Positions 38,527 to 51,771 of a DNA stretch of 64,000 nt are shown in pieces; positions within the stretch are counted from its first letter, which is position 1; every line of letters starts with the position of its first letter. The position numbers were made by a program, and so were the translations under genes. The stretch comes from Paramecium tetraurelia (lineage: Eukaryota): assembly GCA_000165425.1 (NCBI GenBank), contig CT868196.1, positions 124,001 through 188,000 of the forward strand. Direction: 5' to 3'. The notes below the pieces were generated by a model. The model did no database searches. It was not told the DNA's origin and saw only the letters and a program-made list of their open reading frames with translations.

Positions 38527-41223
38527 TCAATTCTTATCAAGGTTCATTAAACAGCCATCTGCAAGTAATTTCTCTATCATATTTTTAAAATTAGATTCGT
38601 TGCCATATCGAATTAACAATAATTATAAAGAGCAATCCTAAACAATCTCTTATTGCTGCACAAACAATTTTATGTTAGAATTTACTGAATGGATACTCTA
38701 ATCTTAGTTTCATTGCTTCTCTTTAAAATTCTTTATTGATTAATCCACTTACTTTCTTACTATTGCTAGTCCATATTGAAGCCATTCTTTTAGAAACTTC
38801 AATAATATATTCTGCACACTATTCTATGCTACCAAAATTATTTTTATTAAGATTGTTTAAGACCTGCTTTAAATCATCTTTATTATGAATTATCATAAGA
38901 TTTTCTTAATTACTCATCAATTCGAATAACATTTCAAAAATATTAAAATTTTTGGGATATGTTGCCTTCAACAATTTCTCCATTTAGTTTCTTAGTTATT
39001 CTTTAATTTCCTCTTTACTTAGATTATTAATAAGAATGCCTTCCTAAAGAACTGAAGCAAGGATATAAGAAAACACTTATATATATTCCTTAGTATAGCA
39101 TGATTTTTATTGTAAACTTTCTAAAACATCGATGCAGTCTTCGAAATCTGGATGTTTTTTAATGACACATTTTAAATGTTAGATTGCTTCATCATCAGCC
39201 TATTACATTTACAGAGCAATCGAATATCTTATATGATATTTCTCAATGTTATCGTTTAAAGTGCATGCTTTTTAAAGCATTTCAGCTGCCTCTTTGAAAT
39301 CTTATTAAAAATATAGTAATTGTCCAAGTTCAAAATACAACTCTGATTATTAGTTATCCAATTTCAAGCCTTAATATAGGTCTTGTATTGCTTCTGTGTA
39401 TTGCTTGAGTTAAATTCTAATTTTGGCTAAAGATTTAAATTTATAATTACATCTTTTGAGATAAAATTCAAAATTCTGATTATTCAAAGCTATAAGTTCA
39501 TCATAGACACTCTTTGCATTAACATAATCTTTGGTTTACTCGCACATTTAAGCCTTTTCTATATAATATAAAGGGATATTTCCATTTTCGGTTATCAATT
39601 GATTATACAATTTATTTGCGTATTCATAATTTTTATTATCTCTACTTGTGTTGGCAATTTTAAGTTTTAATTCTTAGTTATTAAAATCTATCTCCATGGC
39701 TTCTTCAAAATTCTGTTTAGCAGACAAGTTTTAACGTAATTTCAAATGACAAAACCCTATTAATTTAAAATGATTAATACCTTTTTCAAACAATAACATT
39801 GATTTCTATTTTGGTTCTAAAATGTATTTAATGATCTAATCATAGCATTATATTGCTTGGTTATACAATTTTAACATACTTAAACAAAATCCTATGATTT
39901 ATAATAAAATATACCTTTATGCTTTATTGCCATGAAATTACTTTAATCATGAACAATTACTTTGTTAAAGTCATCTAGAGCAGCTTAGTAATTTTATTAT
40001 TGCATAAAAGCAAGTCCTCTAAAAAAGTAGGTTGAATAATCAGTAGGATCGATTGTTAGTAATTAATCACAATATTCTCTTAATTAAGAATATTGTTAGA
40101 GTGTGCTCTGAATTTTAATAATCATTTTAAAAGATTTTATTTCCTTTGGATATTAGGTGTGAATCTTCTAAAAGTATTCTAAAGATTGGTTTAATTAATT
40201 TAAATTGAATAGACTCATTGCTATTCCAAATAAACCTTCTAAATTCTTGGAGTCCAGTGTTAGTACTTCATTGCATAAATTAATTGACCTTTCAAATAAC
40301 TTCTAAGAAAAATAAGCTTGACCTATAAATGAATTAAAAAGCTCATTACTTTTGCAATTTAATATGGCAATCTAAATTTATGGAATTTACTATTCTAATT
40401 ATTGATCACAAAATTCATGTAAGTTTTCATAGTTTTTTTAAATCATGAACAAATTACAGATAGATTGAATGGCTTCAAGATATCCAGGATCTTATTTTAA
40501 TGCTCGTTGATACAATTCCAAAGCTTAGTCGTATTTTTATTGTTTTACTTTTAAATGACCTAATTTCGAAACATCAAATACCATAATTTAATAATACTCC
40601 TTTATCATTTTATTTTAATTCCAGGGCTGTTTCGTAATAGCATTAAGCCTTCTCGAAATTGTTTAGCCTTGTTAATACAAAAGCCATTCCGAAATACCCC
40701 TCAAATGATTTTTCATTCATTTCCACTAATTTATTAAACACATTAAGAGCCTCTTAATACTTTTTGTTCAATATGTATATGTTCCCTAAAATAGACAATT
40801 TATATACCAATTTCTGCCAAGGCCTTCGAATGTTGTTTATCGAGTTAAGTTGCCATTTGACAAAAATACAAAGCCTATTGTAAATTGTTTTAACCAAGAT
40901 GAGCCAAACCTAAAATCTATAAATACTGTTAGTACCTTTCAAGTACTACGCCTCAGCCATATTTGGAGATCTGAGTAAAATACGGTCAATTAACTCTATC
41001 GCTTTCTCATATTGTTGTTTTCTCAATAGCTTAAATGCTTCTATAAATGCTATTAATACCATTAACTAATTGGGCATTATTGTTTATTTTGTGGATTTAA
41101 GTTGGGTTAGCTAATTTATCAAAATCTATGTTTAGTAACTAATAACATACTTGTTAGCGATGACTTACAATTGATAATAAAACTGCTGCTACATTGATTG
41201 CTTTTTGCTTGGCTTTAACCCAT
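38527..41223 (-). CDS. Tetratricopeptide-repeat (TPR) protein
   Basis: Repeated TPR helices, e.g. SFEGYFGMAFVLTRLNNFEKAQCYYETALEL and YDQALELYQRALKQDPGYLEA; many short introns. Confidence 0.85.
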
Positions 41224-41239
41224 TAAAATAATTTTTGAT

Positions 41240-42520
41240 TTATGTATCGATTAAATCATTTCATTTATAACATAAAAACGTAAAATAGTTCATTGTTATT
41301 TTAATATAATTCAAAAAAGCTGTCAGTCGTCTTTCTTTTAAATAATACATCAATTGCAAATTATTCATTAAACTTTAAATAGTTAGTTTTTAGCCTGACA
41401 TCTCCCCTTAAGTATTTGGATCGTAAAATTTTATAGGTTTTTTAAACACAACTTCCATAATATTTCAGTTGAAAAACTAGTCTATATTGCTCTGTATATC
41501 ATTTTGATATGATAATTTAAGCTCTTAAATTATACCTAATCTATTTATCCTATGAAAAATCAAATAGAAGTCAAAAATAACGTATGTATCTTTGATAGTT
41601 AGATAAAAAAAGATGAGAGATACAATCTTTGGATTTTTAAAATAATCATAATTAATAAATTTATCTCTTCTTCTAAAATAAGAACTTGCTGAATTTTGTT
41701 TAACAATAATTTTCAGAATATTTTGAAGACAGTTAGTTTAAATATTTTTCAGATCATAATTGAAATATGTAGATATAATAATTGCTTGTTAATAAGTTTA
41801 CTTTAATAATTTTAACTAATAAAATATGAAATAAAACTTAAATGGCGTGACGTTACATCACAAAAAGTAAGGGTTAACATATAAAAACTTTTCTTGATTT
41901 TTAATATAGTTTATTTGATAAAATATTTGAGTCTGTTTAAATATTAATTAAATTTATAAATTACTTCATTGTTGAACTAAATTTCCAAATTTTATTTTGA
42001 GAAATAATTTCAATTTCCTCTGTTTCCAAATCAATATTAATCCATTAATCTTTGATTTCTTAGTATTGAATTCAATAATTGCTTGAGATATTTTAGATTA
42101 ATTTATAATAATTGAAAATCAAATTTTATGTAACAACGTCGATATGAGAAAAATCGAAAATAGATACCTAACAATATCGATCACGTTGCCAGAAGATATC
42201 TCATTCCAATCTGATTTTATAATATTTAGAGATGATCAAGAACTGTTTAATAATTAAAAAAATCAATATTATCAATAATTTAAAGAATCTATTTATTTAT
42301 TTCTCATAGATTTTAGCATTTAATGAGTTACTATAATCGATAATTATATATTTATTTCTGTAAGAATGTTTTAAATATTAAGGCTGTTAATTTTAATAAA
42401 TAATTTATTTATCTCTACAACGAATATTTCACATAATTAAAATGTTAATATCCTTAAATTTGAAAATCTAAAAGACGATTAGAGTTATCATATATGAAAA
42501 ATTCACAGAAGTAGGCTTTC
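41240..42520 (+). pseudogene. Possible decayed gene remnant
   Basis: 1.3 kb gap in otherwise compact DNA, with coding-like fragments in shifting frames broken by TGA; no family recognised. Confidence 0.3.
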
Positions 42521-42550
42521 ATAGGTTAATGATATATTTAAATATAATTT

Positions 42551-43967
42551 TCATTACTGCTATTGATTTCTCTGAAGGTTCATATGTATTTTTAGGTCAG
42601 CCCTACAAGTTGGACAATTCTTGTTAATATATATCCATGCGAGAATGCATTCCTTGTGAAATAAATGTCTAATTTATAATTATAAATTACTTGCATTTTG
42701 TAGATCTGAGATCTGGTTTACTAGTGTAAAGATCAAGGCAAATTGGACAGACATCTGTGTTCTTTATTTGATCGCTTTCGATCAAAGGTAGTTGCTGCAA
42801 GATTTCCTCATCAAAGCTTTTTGCGATGTATTTCTATTCATGTTGCATTTATCTTATCATAGCTAAAGCAGATATGGCTTCTTTGATTTTCTTGTTTCTA
42901 AAGTATTTGCCAATTGCAAATGAAATACTTAGAATCATAATTATGCCAGCAATCGAAGCAACTATAATTATTACAGTAGTAGTTGAAATTGTGTTTTATG
43001 TGTTTTAATTGATGAGGTCCAAAGAAATATGAATATTTTATTCAACTAGAGATTTCTATTTGAAAATAAACCTTATTCTTTTTTGAACGAGTGTGCTATT
43101 ATCATTTCTGTCTTTTAACTCAAATTCTATGGGTGAAGAAGATGTAAATTCATTGCCTTCAACTAAAAGATCATAATATTTTCTATTCAAATCTTCTAGC
43201 GCAGGTATGTAAAGTACTCTCGTCTTCATTATATACCAATAAACTCCTTCAGAACTATTTGTCTAAAATATATTGGTATTTTAAATACTTAAACTATTAA
43301 ACTCATGGATTCATTTTCACTTTCTTCCAAATCTACATATGCATACTTAGCAGTATTTTCTAAATTAAGGATTATTTCTTTGTTTTATAGAATATAAGTT
43401 GCCTTTTAATGGCAATCATTCCCTATGTAATATTTATTACATAAACATTTTCCATCCTAAAGAATAAATATATTGAGTACTTAGCAACTGCCTTGGTTGT
43501 TGCAGTTGTTTGGACACATTTTAGTGTTGGTGGCAGTAACTGAAATGTTGTAATTCTAAGTCCATTCAGATGAAGTAGATATATAAACTTATCGAGATTG
43601 AAAATCTTCACTTGACAAGAGGATGAAATGAGTAAATCTATTTTCAAGATACCTAAGAATTATTGGCATAGTTGCAATACCCATATATATCAAACCCCTT
43701 ATCTTCTGAAATTTCAGACAAGCTTAAACTAAAATCTGGGGGTTTTCCAAATCCATAATGTAAGGAAAAGGTGTCATCTTGCTTGTGAAGTTCAACATTA
43801 ATGGCATAATAAGGAAATTTGGCTGTATTTGCAATGTTAAGTAGATAAGTATTATTTGGAGAACTCAATTAAACATCTGACCAAAATTTTGCATTTTCCG
43901 AGATTTCTATTATAGTTTCTAATGAAAAAGCGATCTGAAATTATAGCATTTACAGAATGAACCACAT
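42551..43967 (-). CDS. Single-pass membrane RING-H2 E3 ligase-like protein with luminal EGF-like module
   Basis: Signal-peptide-like start; MCPNNCNNQGSCQDGKCLCNKYYIGNDC; TM VIIVASIAGIIMILSISFAIG; RING-H2 CPICLD...C.HLFHKECILAWIYINKNCPTCR. Confidence 0.88.
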
Positions 43968-44158
43968 TTTTGTTATTAATTAATCCTTTATTAAGTTTTA
44001 ATTAAAAATATAATCTAAATGTAAGGATTGGTACTCTTTTAGAATTTGAGATATGGCATTTCTTAACAATTATTGCAATCACAAGTCTTAGTTTCAATAA
44101 TAGTATCCATTATTATTAATTTAAGGAAAAGTATTATATAAAATAATTCAAAATTGAG

Positions 44159-46845
44159 ATGAATGGTAACTAGCTTAAAAATCCTGAAATAGAAATTATA
44201 GCTGCTGAAGAAATGAAATCTCGACAACCATCATAATAACATATATCGATCTGTTTCTGCATATTGCTCACCATAATATATTCGGTTTTATTAGGAATTG
44301 AGCAAACATAATTGCCATTAATGATTTGTAGCATATCTTATAACACCCTCATAGCTATGATAATATTCATCAACACATCTAAAATTAATACCAAATATTA
44401 CTTTACAATGATTATCTCGAGTAAATTGATTAGTTTAGTCTCATTATTATTTTTAGATTAAGAATACCTAATTATTATAGCATTTTTAATAGATAGTTTG
44501 ACCCAAGAACCCGATCCAATGAATGCGTTGGAATAAACTATTATTAAACTCAGCTCACTTGTAGTTGTATGTATTAACGGAAAGCTTTTATTCATCTTGG
44601 TTATGATCTCCATTTCATTGTTGTAACTATTAAAAGATTTGCAAAACAAAGTGTCATAAATGAAAAAATAATTGAATGTTACTAACATGACACCAAATCA
44701 GAATATTTCATAATATTCATAATTGGAAAAACAAAATGATGAGATATGGAAGAATAGAATGCAAACAATTCCAATTATTGCCATTATCATATCTATGCAA
44801 AATTGGTAAATTGTCCATAAAAACTAGTCCTTCTATACTTTCTTTTCATCTTATAAGTAAACGGAAGAAGAATTAGAAAATTTGGTAATGAATCATTTAA
44901 GTTTTCATGTTTCCAGTAGTAATCTCGAGGAATAAGATGTTTCGTCCATTAATTAATTCATAAAATAGATAAGAAGACCTCATGCCATGACGTTTAATAA
45001 TAATTGTAATTAAAGAAATTAAGAAACACTTCAAGATATCCCTATAGGATATTAATCTTTGAATGAAATTGTGTTGAATTTTAAAAGTAAAGTCCAATGT
45101 TCTTTCCTCAATATTCATCACTCCGTTTATTATGAAATCTCATGCCGATAACAACTAGAAGATGGATCATATCTATAGTTATTTGGATAAATTGTATAAA
45201 ATGAAAAAGACAATGAACTTTTAATATTTTTGAATGACTTCTCAGGTTAAAATGAAATGTAATAAAATATTCTTCTAAACGATTTTAAATCTAAAGTAGT
45301 AATAATTACATATATTAGATCCTCCAATCATTCTCTCATGAACTCAGAACCCCACTTAATAGTGCTTTGAACTTTTTAACTTCCTCTTTGTAAGAATAAA
45401 AGATACCTTTATATGTGAAAGATAATCTGATAGAGCCAGCAATCAATTCATTAAAGATACAAAAGTATCTAATAAATGACATACTTGATTTCTCATCATT
45501 TTATCAAGATCACATCAAAATATAACTCAAAGAATTTACTATTTCTGAACTTATTGCCGAAATTAGTTCGATGTTTTATTATCAATTTAACACTAAATAA
45601 TTAGCTTTCCATGTTGATTTAAAAGAAAATTAGTTAAATTCATTTTGTACTGATTACAAAAAGCTTCTTTAAATTTTAATTAATCTTATCTAAAACTCCT
45701 TAAAATATTCCTTTAAAGGAGGCTGCGTTCTTAAACTAATATCATTACCAAATCAAAATATATTATTTGAAATAGCAGATTAAGGAATAGGTATTGAATA
45801 AGGTCTATTATAAAAGTTATCAGATATAAGCAAGAACATGGATAGAAATAAAGAATTTGTAAAAGATTGGCATGGAATAGGTTTAATAATTTCTTCTATT
45901 ATTTTATAATACCTTGCTCCTCCAGATATGAACTCTTTTAATATTAAGTCAGAAGGGGAGAACAAAGGAACGTTTATTTCCTTTTGTATACAAAACTTTT
46001 TTCGAGTTCCTGCATCCTAATAGAATATCAAGAATAGCACTTCGAATTGTATGAATATTGGAAGTGCATCAAGTCAATTCAAGCAATTGTCAGCTTCTTA
46101 ATAAATACAACTTAATAGTTCTCTATTCAATGTTATGGGGACTATAGTTAAAGCCACAGAATTTCACATCACAAGCACTCAAATCAAAACACAATTTGCA
46201 TAGTATTCTTCAAAAAGATCTTAAAATGACTCTTTTTATTCTGAAAGCAACGATGACTTCTTAGAAAAGAGATTGGATGATTTAGAAAGTTTGAATCCCT
46301 TTTTGATAACAGATATCAATAAGGTTTACAACAAAGTAAAAGATAAATCCTCAAAGGTCATAAATTTAAAATAAATTAAATAATTAGAGGAAAAAGAATC
46401 TGAATTATTCTTGAGTGGATTAAATAGTTTAAAAAAATGTAATTGCATGAGAATTTTAAGTGTTGATGATGAAATTTTTAATTAAAAGTCCTTATAAATT
46501 TTGATTTCTAAAATGGGATTCGAAGTGCTGCTAGCATTTAATGGCTAATAAGCCATTTAAATAGTATAAAATTTATAAAAGTGTTGTTCATCTTGCAATT
46601 TACTTTCTTTAATTCTAATGGATTATCAGATGCCAATAATGAATGGAATTGAAGCAACAAAATAATTAATTAATATGATGAATAAATGTTAAATTCCTTA
46701 TATTACAATTGTTGGATTAACAGCATTTACTAGCTAAAAGGATATAGATAACTGCCAAAAGGCAGGGATGGAGTAAGTGCTTGCTAAACCATTAAATATA
46801 TAAGAATTGAAACAAATTTTATTATGTGTATTTAAAAAATATTGA
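44159..46845 (+). CDS. Hybrid sensor histidine kinase (TM + HisKA + HATPase + receiver)
   Basis: H-box FSHELRTPLN; N-box QILINLIQNSLKY; G1 IADQGIGI; receiver ILSVDDEIFN...ILMDYQMPIMNG...GLTA...AKP. An in-frame upstream ATG exists at 44053. Confidence 0.92.
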
Positions 46846-46903
46846 TAGTAAATGATTTTATGAATTAATTTATATGATTTATAAGTACACTTCACGTCAA
46901 AAC

Positions 46904-46963
<60 letters not shown>
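46904..46963. repeat. Perfect (TAT)20 microsatellite
   Basis: 60 bp uninterrupted TAT run read directly. Confidence 0.97.
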
Positions 46964-48114
46964 CTTATTTTGATATCATCTATTTTCCCCTATTCAATAT
47001 TTTGAAGAAGCCACAGACTTAAGTTGAAATATTTCGAATGTTCTATCTATTTTAAATAAATACTTGACAATTCAATAACTTTTATTTTATTTTCCTTTCC
47101 AATCTATATAATATATATCATTGTAAACATAGTCAAATCTTCATTATTGATTTCGCTTGAGATGGTGTATCTTTAAATAACTAGCTCATAATTCAATGAA
47201 ACTGATTCAATTTGAGCAGGTAATTAATATAACAGCTCATTTAAATCAAATAAATCAAATAGAATCAAAACTCGCTCAGAAATATATATCTCATCTTAAT
47301 ATCAAATTTTTACCTTTGCGTGTGGTAATATCCCTAAATAATTTTAAACTATATAATTTCAACCGTTGTTAATTCTATCCCAATAACTAAGTCGCCTTCA
47401 CTAATTCTAAAAATATATGATGAAATTCAAATGAATCCATTGAGCATTTATGACATCTGGATTTAAAGAAGCTTGACAATCTCTACATTTCGAAAGAGTT
47501 ACATTCAATTAAGAGTTTGTATTCTGAAGGTGTTGACTTTTACAGTTGCTATATGGGTTCCAATATAATATAAAATTTGATGATTAATTGTATTTATTCG
47601 TATAAATTAAAGGAGTGTGGGATGGTGAAAAAAAGAGGAAATCTATTATAAGGCAATCCCTATGGGCAAAGGAATTAATGTGTCAAACGAAATTGTTAAT
47701 GAGATGAAATTAATAATTTAGTGAAAAAATAATTTCTCGTTAAGAATTAATTTAATTATGCCTTAAAAATGGTAAATTATATGTCTATGAAATAAAATTA
47801 AAAAAATTAAAACATTAATATTAATATTAAAATCCAATTTTTTATTCTAATCAGACAATATGTATTTCTATATAAGATTAATAAAAAGGCATTAATAAGA
47901 ATATCCTCCAATTTATACAATAAAAAATCAGAGATAAAATTTGTCTCTAATTTTTATACTAAAATCAAAAAAAATGTCTCACTAGAATGAATTATCTTTT
48001 ATTATTATAAGTACATATTTCTATTAAAATACTTTAATGCGAAATAAATGTTAGCTCATAATTTAGAAAAAATTAAATAATTTCAATAGAAATTTATTAT
48101 TAACATAATGTAAT

Positions 48115-48969
48115 TCAATCATCTTCTAAAGATTCCTCTTCGCCTTCATCGTCATCATCGTCCTCATCTCCTTCAAAATCATCTTCTTCATCTTCAGCCT
48201 TCAGTCCCAAATAAGTGAATAAAGCTTTTGGTATGATTGAATTCACAAATTATGATCCCAACTCATAATCAAATTGCTCTCTCTCAACTTTCTCATCTTC
48301 ATTGTTGATCTAATCAACATCTTCGAAGAAATGGAAAAATGTTGGGGCTTTCTCCTCCTTTTCAATTTCCCTTGTTTATCCTGTTTTCTTATTCTTTTAT
48401 TTGCGTTTAACAATCTTCTTGGTGATGTTTTTACCCTCCTTCCATTTGATTGAAGATCCTTTTTATTTAGTTGGAAATTCCTCATCTGAATCCTCAAAAA
48501 CATAGGATTTAGTTAAAATGCATGCACCAAAATGATCATTGTCTTCAAACTCAAAATTGATTGTAAAATCCTTTCCATTTTCTCCTAAATCAACATTTAC
48601 TGATAATAAATGTCTAAATATGGTTTTATCTGCTTCAGATATCAATTTTCCTGTGAGACTATTATTCATCAAAACTTGACCCCAATAATTTTGGAGTGGA
48701 GATGCTTTGACATCTTTGACATCAATTTAATATGTATTTGCATCTTTAATTTCCTCTTCAGTTGGAGCTCTGAGTCCTTTGATGATAGCATTGATTTCAT
48801 TTTATAAAGGAATCACACTCCTCAAATACTCTGTTTAAAGTTGGCGTACTTTCTTCGCAACTTGTTTCTCTGAATCCACCCATTTATTGAGATGGTGCTA
48901 GATTGCGATTGCTGTAGGTTATTATTTTGGAGGAAGTTGTTTAATTGCTTCTAAAATAGTTGTGTCCAT
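48115..48969 (-). CDS. Nucleosome assembly protein (NAP1/SET family), 284 aa
   Basis: LQNYWVKVLMNN...ISEADKTIFRHLLSV...FTINFEFEDNDHF..ILTKSY...GSSIKWKEGKNITKK...TFFHFF...DYELG...IIPKALFTYLG, followed by an acidic tail. Confidence 0.93.
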
Positions 48970-48990
48970 AAATTAAAATAAAAAATTAAT

Positions 48991-50782
48991 TCAATTAATA
49001 CTATTATCTAAATCAGAAACCTTTAATTTAAACTTTGAAAATAGAGTCTAAAAATTAAACCGCTGTAATTATTAAGAATCGGAAAATATTTCTAATTCCA
49101 AATACAATCTCTGTCTGGAAGTTAAAAGGATATCACAATATTTTAATGCTTCCTATATTACATAATTGGAATTACATTAAAATCTTCATATTCACACTAA
49201 TTGTTTCCCAAATGTTTTTTTTTAATATTGAACTATTTAATTGCAGATTCCATTCCCTAATCATATTTATGGAACAACTGGCAAAAGTATTCGAACATCT
49301 ATTGCTTCTCCGATTCATCAAACAAATTAAATTCCCCTAATAATTTCTTATACACAGATTTTATGATAATCTTGGTCTACGTCCTCTATCTATCATATAG
49401 AATATGATCCTCAGTGTTATCCTCTATCAAATACCTTGCCAATAGACTTGATTCATCCTCATTTAATTCAAAGGGTGCTTTCTAAAGACGTAAATTAAGT
49501 TTCTTCAAGAGTCATATATTCATCATCACCTTCACACAGAATTTATTCCTATGTTTCATAATCAATATTATTGCTCAATAATTTGATTTTTAAATTGCTC
49601 ATGATTTCTTTGATGTCATAAGAATTTACTTTTAAACATTGTTTTTTATTTGTAACAGGTAATTATAATTGCAGTTTCTAAGGACTATTATTACTTCTAG
49701 GACTACCATAAATTGTCATTGCTTGTTTAAGACCTATTGATTAGAGTGAACCTTCTTATGATTAGTCTTGATCATCTCTTCTCTAATTCAATTCCTCAAT
49801 CTACTTTTTTAGCATATTGATTCTATCCTGCAATTTTTCCTTTTCTTTATTTTCCATAGATTTGAATACATCATAATTATGTTGTAATTCTCCATTCTTT
49901 GACTCCAATTCTTCTATGAGTTTTTTATTTTATTATAATTATTTGGCTTAATTTTAGACCTATTATTACAATTCATCTATCTTTTTCAAATAATCTTCAG
50001 AGGGAGTTTACTTTTTAGTATTTTGCATTTCCTGTCTCATATACATCATGTGTTTATTAACAGAGTCAAATTGCTTCTCCAAATCTTTCAACCTACCAGT
50101 CAATCTATCCTTATCATTCTTGAGAGATAACAAACTCTATTGCAAACCATGATTCTCCTATTATAAACTGAGAATCATTTAAGACAAATTCAAGTTGTCT
50201 TGTTTGTAGGCTTAAACTAAATTGATTTGAATTTAATCCTTTAGTGATTGATTTACCATCAGAGTTTCATTTGTATCTTGGCTGCATTTGCTACTGATGT
50301 ACAACTACAATTTTTGATATGCTTCTTTTTATTCTTCTATTTCTGCCTCCAATTCTTTGTTCTTAGTCCTTTCAGGATTTCGTTTCAACTTAAAGACTTA
50401 GTCCTCAAGTTCCTTAATTAATTTATCCTGCTCTTTGATTTTTGCTCTCTAAGACAAGATGACTTGAAACTGTCTAAATCAACACATAATTACATCTTTT
50501 TAAGTTTCATTAGTTTTCTACACTTGTTTCTCGAAATTCGCATGCTCTTGTCTCTCCTTCTTCAATTCGAATTTGACTTATTACAATTCCTTCTTCAATT
50601 TCAAATTTTCCTCATACAACCCCTCCTTGTCATAAAGCATCTATTATGGCATTTAACTAAACACATATACAAATCAATTACCGATTTTTCTTGTTTTCCT
50701 TAATTCTAAAGGATGTACTACTACTATCATAGAGTTTCGATTATTGCTGCGATGATGTGATGCTGGTTAATGGCCTTTACAT
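48991..50782 (-). CDS. Coiled-coil protein, N-terminus reminiscent of IQCE-like ciliary proteins
   Basis: Starts MQRPLTSITSS; DKEGLYEENLKLKKELQQVK...LKLKRNPERTKNKELEAEIEE; ends KVSDLDNSIN*. Family call tentative. Confidence 0.65.
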
Positions 50783-50825
50783 AAAAAATAAATAATGAAA
50801 TAAAATAAAAAAACATAGAAATAAA

Positions 50826-51771
50826 TCATAACCCTTTTTATTTAGGTACTTTCATTGGCCAAATCACAGATTAATTCATCATCTTATTCAAAATCTCTGC
50901 TCCCAATACCTTTGCCAGTTGCTTAGCTCTCGTTTTAGCAACTAAAATAACGTTATTTATTTAATATACCTCTCGAACACTAGAAATAGAAATAAAAATT
51001 AATTGTTTGAATAGTCAATTAAAATGATATGCCAGTTAGCTAAATTAATAATAACAGTAGTGAATACATTGAGAATATGAAAGCCAATTACATTGACTAC
51101 AGCTAAAAATCCCCATGCTAATATCGCTAGTACCAATGTTGCCCAAAAGATAAAAGAATTCACTTAACTCACCTAACTCTCATTTACTCTAGTTTCAAAC
51201 ACCCATAGTTGTTCTCCTGAGGCTTCATCTATTTCTTCCCACCATCTTAATCCTACAAGGAGTCTGCCTGTGATATTCTTTGTAACCCAAAAATCAACTG
51301 CTCCAATAACAATCACTATCTCAGGCAAAGTCCAACTATTATATTTATATTTTTGTTACGCTTCTCTTATGAATAGTCCTCCGAACATATAAACAGCCAG
51401 GGCAATCCCTTTGATTGCAAAATGAAATAAAGCCACGGAGGGATGATCAGATTTAGTATAATCAAAATTGTATCCTTCCATTTACTCTTTGTAAAATCCA
51501 TTCAAGCTTAAGACGCTGGTTGTCATCTATTCATAGATCAATTAGTACTTACATCTTATTTATTCTTCTCTTTATACTGTTTGTACTCATTAATCTTACT
51601 AGGTGTTGGCTACTAGAGATTACTGTTCACCATGTTTGATTGAACCATGTTAGATTAGCCTTGAAGGTGTTAATGGTATTATTATTGAGAATTCACTTAT
51701 TAGATTTGTTCGTTGGTTGGGATTGGGATATTTGGATCGAGCAGATGTTAGTAAGGATTTTAAGAATTCAT
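50826..51771 (-). CDS. TVP23: Golgi apparatus membrane protein TVP23/FAM18
   Basis: [14 protein letters not shown]...[25 protein letters not shown]...WVFE...NSFIFW; four short introns. Confidence 0.92.

Noticed and set aside
43626..43690. Apparent premature stop/frameshift in the RING-H2 gene
   Set aside because: Resolved by a 28-nt GT-AG intron giving GFDIYGYLENRFTHFIL.
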